From Amoeboaphelidium protococcarum X5 (taxonomy: Eukaryota; Fungi; Aphelidiomycota): a stretch of DNA of 64,000 nucleotides. Made by a program: the position numbers and the translations under genes. Where the stretch lies: positions 283,147 through 347,146 of the forward strand of contig JALDTO010000155.1 in the NCBI GenBank assembly GCA_023515725.1, written 5' to 3'. A model generated the notes under the pieces. That model did not search any database. It saw only the letters and a program-made list of their open reading frames with translations, and had not been told where the DNA came from. Positions 53,748-64,000 of the stretch are shown here, in pieces; the stretch's first letter is position 1, and each line of letters opens with the position of its first letter.

Positions 53748-54041
53748 CTTATTGTCCTTGTTTCAAACCCAAACGTCAAAGAATTGAATTGCCGGAAACT
53801 GTCTCTCTCGCTCTCTTACTGAATTGCGGATCAAACGGCATAGAGAGACGACCGTAAACTATACGAAGAGCGCGCGTTCTATAGTCAGTCGTCGTTATGT
53901 TTTCAGGTCAATTGGTGGATCTCATCGCCACAAAGAAGCAATTCGTTTCAGACAAGATTTAAAATCACTCGTCTGCACTCTTTCGTTCCATCTGCGATTT
54001 TTCTTTCACCGAGAAGCTGTGTTGGGATTGGTCTCTTAGCA

Positions 54042-57000
54042 ATGACAATACTCAAGTTGAACATCAAGAGTCTGGTGAACTTTGCCAAGCAGTCAAACAA
54101 TGAACAAGGATTCAGATGCTTATTTATTGCCTTGGTACTGGAGTATATTTAACGTGAGAATACCCGGAGTAATGATGGTGACGATGATGCCACCTCGTAC
54201 AATCTTCTTGTTGAGTTCTGTACTGAACTGTCTCATGTTGTGCTTCCAGTCTTGAAGGATGTGTAGCTATGCAATGAAATACTTTAGCAGTGTCAGCAAG
54301 AACTTCCGTCATTGAGTGAGCCGTTACATGAAGGCTTTCTTCTGAAATTGATCGCGTTTTAAGACGTGAAACTGCTCCAGATTCTACTGGAATTCTTTCT
54401 CTCTTCTGATCTAACGGCTTGTCTATATGGGCTTTAACTTTGCGGTCGTAATGACTTTATTAATGCGCAATTGTTTCATCTATCACCTTTTTTGCGGTCT
54501 TATGTGCAGCAATCAGTACCGTTATAATTGAAGTTGCTGGAGTGTTCATCAAATTTGGACTCGTCAAATGGATTGGAGTCTATTTAGTACTTGATTTAAC
54601 GCGATTTATGGCTGATTGATACTTATCAAATGGTGGAGTTGCTTCTGAATGCCTTATGTGATCCTGCTTTATTCACTGTAACATCTCAAGTGATTTCAAT
54701 GCTTGGTGCTCTGAATCTACATATCGATGGTGAGTAGTGTGTGGAGATACTGGACATATTGCTTGATTAAGAGTTCCCTCCATAAAATCTTTGTAATCAT
54801 CTAGTATATAAAATTGCTGTTTAGAAAGTGGATCTTGACATCGATCAGGTGAAAAGATTCTCATCCTTCTGTAAAGATGCAAGTGTATTGTAGAAGTTTA
54901 TTGAGGCATACTATCATGATATACTGGTTATGAATTCTAGTATTGTGACTGGGTAAAAGCGAAAACGGCCGGATTTATCTCTAGTTCTTATAGCCTGTAT
55001 ACTGTCTATTTGCAATGATGATGAGAAGAGTTAATGGGAGGAGTCACTCCAAGATGGCCTTATGGAATAGGCTGACTAGATGAAGCTGCATGATTTGGAT
55101 GCTATTTGCTCTACCCTTCTGAAGGCGGACGTTGATATCTCTGACAAGTTGAAGGAGGTGTTCTGCTTCAAGATATCTCAGTTGGTATCAATGTGCACAA
55201 CTGAGTCTTATTAATTTGCAGCGCTCTTCTTGGCTCTTCACGGATCTTAGGCTATGATTTAGAAAGCATTATCTGATGATATTCCTGCTGATGCTCGTTT
55301 GATTTTTATTAGTTAGTTGAAAAAGAGATTTCATGTTGATTATTCTGATTATAAAGCAGAATCAGAATACGTATCATGTGCTCTTGCCGGTTCTTTGTCT
55401 TTCAAGATTCATGAGTAGGACTCAATATATTGGTAGTGCGCAGTTTGTGATAGTAGCGGTGGTAATATTTAGTTTCTTGCACTCTCTGAGACTTAAAAGT
55501 TTCAGATAATCTCATCATGTAAACTCGAGTTGTTTTCAAGATCTTTAAAGCATGGGGCTGAATGGACCGTTGAAGATTTGCTGTAGATTGCCGGTTCTAG
55601 CGTATAAAATGGTAAGGCACATTACCGGTTTATATTGAGTACTCTTGCAAAGATTTCTTTGAGTTCTGCGGAACCGGCTATCACAGGTGCTGTAGAATTA
55701 TGCAAAAGTTAGCCAAGTTCTGAAAAGACGTTACTTTTATACCGATTTTTTCATAATCTGAACCTGGGTCAAGTTCTTAATTAATCCGACTGGATTCAGT
55801 GGCTTGCTTCGTTTGGTACTGTCAATTCTGTTGATGATTGCTTGCTGATGTCTACGTTTGATACGCTGAGTAGTAATTATGATTATTTGCTAATGGCATT
55901 GCCGCCTGTATTTATCAAGATGTTGACAGCTAGGGAGGATAACGAGATGGCCATACGCTATTTTCTGAATGCTTTTTTGTATCATCGTCAGTTGGATGAG
56001 CGTGCTCTCAACATGCCTTATGTGTGTGCCCAGCTTGTTTTTATGAGACATGGGAACGCCTTGAATTAGTTGGTTGTAGTAATGTCTAAAGGAAGTGTGG
56101 TGTAACTTCTTGGAGCATATGTGCCTGATATTTTAGCTTATATATTTACTCGTGTACAGGATGATAGTAGATTGAAAGCTCTGCGGTTCTTTGAAGAGTG
56201 TATCAACTCTTCCTCCTCTGAGGCGTAAATATCTCTTGTTGATATAGTCAGACCATATTTTTAGCAATTGGTTTCTAGAATCTGTTGGTATTTAGGTGAT
56301 TAAGATGATTCTGTTGCAGCTGCTGCACTGGACTCACTGAAGGCTGTGGTGCACATGGTCGCTCCCAATGTAACTGACTATACGATTAAATTGACCGAGT
56401 GTTTGCTTGCGCTAATCTTTCATATGGCAGTGTCTATTGTGCAAAACCAGCATGTATCAAGTTAATGTAAATTACAGTCCATCAATGCTTTTGCAAAGTT
56501 CTTGAGACTATTGGCTGGCAAAATTGATACCTATTCTCTGCAATTGTTCAACTTAGTTGACTTATGTAAGAAGCATGGATTTGATACTAGTTCTATATGG
56601 GAGTCTCTTATTGATGGCTTTAGCTGCGATTTGTGCCGCGAGAACGTCTGCCAGCTGCTTTGTGGATATTTAAATCTTCCCTTAGGTACTGATAACAGAT
56701 TATCATCTGGTTAAAAGACATATCTGGATCTTCTTTTTAACAAAGCTTCTATTTAAACTAGCAAGACCGGTACGTATATAGTGTAAAACGTAAGTAAGCT
56801 GTGTGACGAGTATGGAGAAATAGCGTCGAATTTTTCCAATGATGCGTCTTTCTATGTTGATGTTTGCAGTATTATTGGCACGTCACATAAGAATGTAATT
56901 GCCACAGTATTGCAGTTGCTTTCGCGTGATATTGAGAACTTAGTGAAGTATATTGATACGAGAGAGCTTGCATTAAGACTTGTGCCTTTGACTAAAAAGT

Positions 57001-60000
57001 TTTACTGGTCGGATGACGACCTGGTAGTGAAATCTATACTCCAATATGCCATTTATATGCTCAATTTATTGGATCATCAGCAAGATGTTTAAGCTTTGGA
57101 GATTAGCAAGTCTTAGGATTTAACTCAAGTTCATATATTAGCGGATTAAGAGAATGCAAAGTAAGTTGTGCGATATATCATGGCGATAATAACCTCATTC
57201 TTGATACCTCCGTTAACTTCTGCTCGCGATAGTAAAACTAATGATCGTTATTCATTCGTGATATAGGAGCTGCTGTCTGCTACGGGCTTTAAGAATATTC
57301 AGTAGATATAGTCGTCGAGTAATACATCAATTATATCTTATGTCTGGAGGAATTTGAGTCATAAGGAAAGGGAAATACTTTTGCCACTGCTGTAGTCGTA
57401 GTATCATATGCAATTAAGTAGCACTTAGGTTGATCTGTCAGAGTATGCCCTTGAAAGTGTCAAATCATATGCTGAATTTCTTCGTGTTCTGGTGAACACT
57501 CTTGTCAGTATGTTGACTTCATCTCTATTAAGGCGCATTTTCTGGCCATTTAAGGCTCTGTTCACTGCTCATTTTGTTGATGCAGAGATCGCTTTGACAT
57601 TATTATCTAATCTGGCTAGATGTGTGATGACTCAAGGAGTAGCCTATGTCAACTTTCTTTCTGTTCATTATAGAAGATTTTGTGGTGTAAGTCCTTCATC
57701 GATGTCTGCGGACGATTATACCAAGTGTCTCAAGATATTGTTTGACGTTTACGATTAGATTGTTGGCTTCAGTTTCTCCAGTATGTTCTCTGTTAAGAAT
57801 GGCGAGCTTGAGTAGTGCACTGTTAACTTTATGAGTGGTGTTGATGATTCTCTCATTGTATCTGCTTCTAAGTAGTATAATGACTTTTACAGATTATAGA
57901 GGCATAGTGAGAAACTACTGCAAGGGAAGCTATAGCCTGATTTGGTACTGCTGAACAATTTACTGTCTGCTCAATAGAATCTTGGTTTATCTGATGATGT
58001 CTTGTATCTGAGACAAAAGTGCAGAGAGAATGATTCTTCCATCCGCGGACGATCGAATGTGTCCTAGATGATCATGTGCTACACTGCTCAGTAAGACGTG
58101 TAGCTCATCTCATAGATTGCTAATTCATGCCATTCTGATTTGAAATCGCCTGATATTATCAGACTCAGATTAGCTGCTGAAGATTATGAGGGTGTCAGTA
58201 AGATCCAGGATGATGATGTAAGTGATTTTGTTGTTGAAGCAGCTGCCCATTTGTAGAAATGGGATTTGGTCGAAGACAAGTTCTAGCAGAAATAGGGTAG
58301 TAATGAACGCTTTAGGTTGAGAGGACATTTTATTCGTTTGTTATCCTTATTGAAGGTTGATCATTAGAAGAAATTATACTAATAGCTGCAACTGAATGAC
58401 TTCAATGTGTCGAATAGTCTATTTAAGTGTTAAAAAGAGGAAACTCCGTTAGTTCTTTTTGAATCCCGGGTCTTATCGAGATTATAAAAGTTTATCAATG
58501 GTGAATCTGTCGATTGGAATCAATGCTTTGATGGTGACATGTTGTACTTGTCTCACCATGACATTGATACGCTCACTAAATTAGAGTCTCTCAAGCTTTG
58601 GGAACTATGCGCAAAGAATCTGAGCCTTGATCGCGAGTTGGAGTCATCTATTTGCATCTAAAAATGCAAACTGTTGCGGAAAGCCAACTTGCCATAAGTT
58701 GCATTGAAAACGGTATTGTCCATCGATGCTTAAATGCAGAATAGCAGTTTACTTCTGGAGTTCGCAAAAGTTCATGTCGCCGTAGGAAAGCCGGATATCG
58801 CTATCAATGAGTTGAGACAGTGCATTGCGCCTAAATTATCTCAAATTACGACTCAGAAGGGATCACAACCGGATGACTCATTTGGATCACTATGTATGTA
58901 CCAGACAAAGTTGATGCTCCAGTACTATCCGGAAAATAGTTCTGAAATACGTTCTTTACTCGCAGCAGCCAAAAAGTGTCTGCCCAAGTCGGAAAAATTG
59001 CTACATACGTTTGGATCTTACGAGTTATCTCTACTTAGTGCATCTAAAGACCGGTTCGAGCGAGCATTGGCTGATTTCCCTAAAGGCAAGTCTTTGAAAA
59101 GTCAAGATTCAGAAATTCACTAGTATTTCCACAGAATGGTGGCCAACATGTTTACTGCTACTCGAGCGTACTGTCTAGCTGCTATTTACGGATCTCAGCA
59201 CATCTTTGAGTCACTTCCAAATGCGATCTAACTTTGGCTTGACTTTACCGAGAGAGAACAAGTATTTCTGGGAATTAATGATGCTATTTCCAAGACGCAT
59301 CATGAGTTTTATGATCAGTTTCTGACAACAATGATAAGTTTTGTGTAAAGAGTCCCCGCATACAATTTGTTGGTCAGTCTATCTCAGATTTAGTCTAGGC
59401 TGACACACTCTGATGAAAAAGTTTGGGGTATTCTGAGAGATATGCTGCTCAAGCTTTTGCGCGAGTTTCCTGATTAGACACTGTGGCAGTTGATAAGCTC
59501 TTATAAGTCATCTTCTAAATTGCGTGTTAGCAGAGTATAAGAAGTGTTTAATTCCTCGAAAGAGCAGTCTACAAAAATTAAGGTATGTTTTGATATATGA
59601 TGCGGCTGAATTTCATAATATTTACAATGTAGAACTGCAAGAGCTTGGTTGATTTAATCTTCGTCATGGCTTATTCGAAAAAGTTTGACTCTAAATCCAA
59701 GTTTAGTATTGCAAAGGAATTCCCAGAGTTGAAGAAGTTGTGTCCTATCGACCTTGCCATCCCAATCTAGTCAGCGCTGACTCCTCTGCTTCCGCCAAAG
59801 AATTTCTCTGGGAGCAAATGGCGGCCATTTCAGGATACTCTGGTGTATTTTGAGTCTTTTGAAGACGTTGTGGAGCTACTGAACAGTTTAATGAGACCGA
59901 GAAAGCTAAAAGTGAGAGGAAGTGACGGCAATCATCACACTCTACTTTGCAAGCCTGGTGATGATTTGAGAAAAGATCACCGTGTCATTGAGCTGTTTGG

Positions 60001-61126
60001 TGTCATCAACAGTCTATTTGGAAAAGATTCAGATTGTACTCGACGAGATCTAGGTAAGTCTATATATTATACACAATTTCTCATTTCTCAGGATTATTAT
60101 TGGTATTTTGTAGGCATCTTGACTTATGCTGCGATTCCTTTGAGTGAAAGCTGCGGTCTCATTGAATGGGTGGACAATACTTGTACTTTTCGTAAAGCAC
60201 TCGAGCATTATTACTCCAAGAATTAGCGAAGTGACCTATCGGCTTCCAAGTACGCAAAGTGGAAAGAACTGGGTAAAGGAGCAACTGCACTGACAAAATA
60301 TTATAAAGAGACTCTGCTGCCAATGTTCTCACCGGCTGTATTTTAATAATGGCTTTTCGAACACTTTGTTGATCCACCGTCCTGGTATCGTGCTCAAAAG
60401 AGATGGACTCGCTCTGTGGCTGTGATGTCTATTGTCGGATTCATATTTGGTCTTGGTGATCGTCATCTGGAAAACATTCTTGTGCAGGAAACCAGTGGTC
60501 AGGTGTTACATGTGGATTTCAACTGCCTGTTCGACAAGGGACTGCTACTGGAGTATCCTGAACGGGTCCCTTTCAGGTTGAGTCAGAACGTGGTTGCAGG
60601 CTTTGGTTTCTGTGGCGTGAATGGCACATTCAGTAAGTCTTGCGAGTTGACCATATAGATGTTACGGAAACACAAGGAGACTATCTTGACAATGCTGAGC
60701 ACCTTTGTGCACGACCCCCTGATCGAGTGGTCTAGTAGTAGCAGCAGCAGGAAGGATAAGGCACAGCAGCTGACTGACAACCACTACATGATGGCGAATC
60801 GTGTTGTTAGGACAATATAGCGGAAATTGGATGGCTATCTTGGATTGCTCTATGAATACTAAGAGGCGGAAAAGGTTCACAATGGTGCACATATCAAAGC
60901 TGTTGTTGCATACACCGGTGGAAAGTCTTCTTCTTCCTCGTCTTCCTCCTCATCATCATCTGCGGCCTCCTCCAACAAGAGTCAAACTCTGTCTGATGAT
61001 CAATTCCCGTACAAATACGATGTTAAAGCTTTATCCTCACAGTAACAAGTCAAAGAGCTCATTTCCATGGCCATTGAAGAAGTTAATCTCGCCAGAATGT
61101 GGATAGGATGGAATGCTTTCATGTGA
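54042..61126 (+). CDS. MEC1: ATR/Mec1/Rad3 checkpoint kinase (PIKK), introns 59583-59632 and 60054-60113 (2324 aa)
   Basis: SLMRPRKLKVRGSDG, CKPGDDLRKD, GLIEWV, GLGDRHLENIL, HVDFNCLFDKG, PERVPFRLSQN, FVHDPLIEW and FATC NLARMWIGWNAFM followed by TGA. The frame is consistent from ATG 54042. Confidence 0.93.
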
Positions 61127-61267
61127 TTAAAAAGTTTATGTGAATATCGTCTATAGTTATCGAATGCAATAATTTATTCAGGTCATTTTAATACACTTTA
61201 CATAGTATATCATATATCACAAGAAACCTATACATACAGCCAGTAAGTCAGTCAGTCAGATATTCAT

Positions 61268-62842
61268 TCATTTATGCTTGTCGATTCTCTTTACATACTC
61301 ACCTAAGTCATGATATAGTTCAATCAAATCAGTCCGGTTCAAACCATGTACAGCCATTGAGAGAATAGAAGCCACCGTCACCGTATCATATTCTTTAATG
61401 AAGCTAGTATAATACATGAATGTGAATATGCCCATAATAAACTGACAATCCATACGGTCGGTAACACCACCATGTCCAGGAATAGAATCACCAAAATCTT
61501 TCAACTTGAATGCGCGCTTAAATCCACTGGCAAAGAATCCACCAAATACAGCTATAAGACTCGCAAAGGTGCCCAGTATCACAGCATGGAACTGCAGCGG
61601 TGCAATCGATATAAACTTCCAATCTTGACGAAATACGTGTTGGCAGAGAGATTGAAGCACTGGCGACAACTTGTACGATACGGGAATGTACACGGCATTC
61701 TTCACACAATCATTCTGTGTCCACGCGTTCATAAACAAGTTCCGCACGGGGCAGTACAGGTATGGATACACTGTGATAACGCGTGCATAAAGCAGCGATG
61801 CTACCAATGTGAATACAAATCCAAATAGAAAACCTTCCCAAGTCTTCTTCGGACTCACCTTGATCAATCGAGTCCTACCAAAGAAGAATCCTCCAATGTA
61901 AGCCATAACATCATTAGTGATCACCAACATGACAGGTAGCAGGAACCATCCAATGTTGGCATGCAGAATAGTCAATATAATGAAGTTAGGGGGAATAGTC
62001 ACAAGGAGCAGAGTCATATGAGTCCAGAAGAATTATAAAAACTAAAACTTGTAATGGCCCTTCTTGAGATTAGTCACAAAGAACATTATGCCAACACAAT
62101 AGAACAGATAAGAGTAGAAGCGATGGTGTGTAGCTAGAGACTATAGAAATGCATCTTGTATCACGTAGTCATTAAAGAAGTTGAACGCCGTCTCTCCATA
62201 CAGGTAGTAATTGGTAACCATTAGGAAATACCAATTGATAAGTCTGAACCAAGGCAACTTCTTCTCTTTAGAAGGCACCCAGGCAATAGATATAACTTCC
62301 TTAAACACCAGCGTACTAACACCCACTATCAACAGAATTATAGCCATAGGACCGGAGCAGATTATCACAGCGAACGTGCTCAGCATGATCACAGTCCAAA
62401 CAGTGCGCGTCCACCAGTTCTACCATCGAGTCTACTGCGGCATCTCAGTCAGTAGGGGACCATACATCTCGGTATTCTTACTACTCACACCATTCCGATT
62501 ATTATTATTATTATTATGAGCCGGCAGATTGAACTTGGAGCTGGAGGAGCGGGGAATACTTTAAACAACCACTTGACCGTCTTTACCATTCGCCGTGTAG
62601 CCTTATTCATCGAGATCATTATTGTTGTTGACTCGTCGCTTCAATATCTATCCATGCAACTATGACTTTTCATGAACTGAGCTGTATACCGCATCACCAT
62701 CACCATCATCATAATAATCTTCTTCATCTTCAGTGGAAGTATACGGGATGAACTTCTTATCCACAGCGACCGCCTTCTTCCGCCTACTCACCGAGGGACT
62801 CTTTGCTCTAAGCGGTGACTCTACTTGAGACTTCCTAGGCAT
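61268..62842 (-). CDS. CDS1: Phosphatidate cytidylyltransferase (524 aa)
   Basis: WQNWWTRTVWT, NDVMAYIGGFFFGRTRLIKVSPKKTWEGF and ASGFKRAFKLKDFGDSIPGHGGVTDRMDCQ. Confidence 0.96.
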
Positions 62843-63238
62843 TACTTAAACTTGCTTGATACCTCAAAAAGTATAAAACAGACCAGAAAGTTGAATTTAT
62901 AATCAGCGACTTTAATGAAATTCGCAAAATTAGTAAGGGCAAAGAATACTACAGTAGTTCACTCAGAGTTGTTGAATGTTGTGGAATAGCCGCGCGATAC
63001 AAAGCCACGCTTTCAATTCAATCAGCTCAGTCAACAAACTCAATAAAGACGACGCGTAAATTCAATTCAATGCGAGAGAGAACGAGAGAGAAAGCTCAAT
63101 AACACGCAGCTCTTCCTTCATTCATCCCTTTACTTTGGAACTCTCTTTTCGTAATTTAATACAGAGAATAGAATCTTTTTTTGTGGTATTTATTCTATAT
63201 AAAAGTATATTTATTCAATTATAATTAGATAAGAAGAA

Positions 63239-64000
63239 ATGACGACGATTGAGGAGCTGAATAGAGAGTTGCTACTGCTGCCTTAGTATAGACGATTTAT
63301 TGCGGAGGAGCCGTATATGAAGCCAAAGAGGAAGGAAGTTATGAAGAAGTTTATTCATAAGGTTAAATATGGCACTGATGGTAGCATTATAGAAGGTGCT
63401 GATGAGTAAGATGATGTTGAGGCGGAAGGGATTTCGAATAACCAAGATAATGCAGCGGAGTCTCATGAAAGTATTTAAATGAAGAGTGACGATAAATAGT
63501 AGACTACACTTGAGTAAAAGAAGATTAAACTATAGTCATCGTCACAGTAATAAGAAAGTCAAAACTAATAGAAATTGGATGATAATCATGCCGATGAAGA
63601 ATTAGAGGATGAGGATAATGATAGTGATGATGGCAAATTGTCAGAAGATATAAAGAAGGAGACTGTGGAATCTATAATGAAAAAGATTGAAGAGTTACAG
63701 GAGAAGAAGCATTAGTATTTTGATATGTTTAGAAAGATGTTGAAAACTACGTCTTCTGATAATGTGGCTGCTTAAGCTTCTACTGCCGCATCCGATTCTG
63801 TGATAAGATCTGATCGAGAACGGTCATAGACGCCGTCAGTGGCGCATATTCCACATTCTGGTACTCTGCCTCAATCATAGAAGCCTCTTGCTGGTGACAC
63901 TGCTACTAGTGGTGGTGGTGCTGGTGGAGATAAAGTCCAAGGTTGGGCTGGAGATTCTGTTCCATCTACTCCGAAAGTTGATAATGCTCTGGATGGTCAA
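63239..64000 (+). CDS. Unknown charged, low-complexity protein, 3' partial
   Basis: ATG at 63239 with no in-frame TGA to the window end. Contains acidic tracts and coiled-coil-like segments, and is divergent from CDS1. Confidence 0.65.

Noticed and set aside
62499-62517. (TTA)n microsatellite
   Set aside because: It encodes a short poly-Asn run in the disordered N-terminus of CDS1 and is unremarkable.

Overview
Gene-dense eukaryotic nuclear DNA from a fungus-related opisthokont that uses a non-standard genetic code. TAA and TAG encode Gln and TGA is the only stop, so the supplied ORF track breaks nearly every gene into fragments. The code plus the gene content suggests an aphelid such as Amoeboaphelidium protococcarum (inference). 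Retranslated with TAR=Gln, the window holds 31 protein-coding loci, two cut by the window edges. They include a nucleus-encoded mitochondrial uS3, prolyl 4-hydroxylase, two tandem MASE1-type hybrid histidine kinases, pirin, an H1-like basic protein, NRK1, a FERM protein facing an FG-GAP/integrin-alpha-like membrane protein, CDK1, HAP5, a frame-disrupted Crinkler-type nuclease-kinase, a P4-ATPase, SF3B2, an animal-type Mia40, an atypical adenylate kinase, ALG11, Dicer, Tof1, Sec62, PER1, ATR/Mec1 and CDS1. Introns are few and short (38-78 nt), and 12 of 13 end in TGTAG. A three-unit ~178-bp degenerate repeat with hairpins lies just downstream of Dicer. No rRNA, tRNA, CRISPR array or intact transposon was recognised. 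All family assignments come from motif recognition by eye, not database searches.
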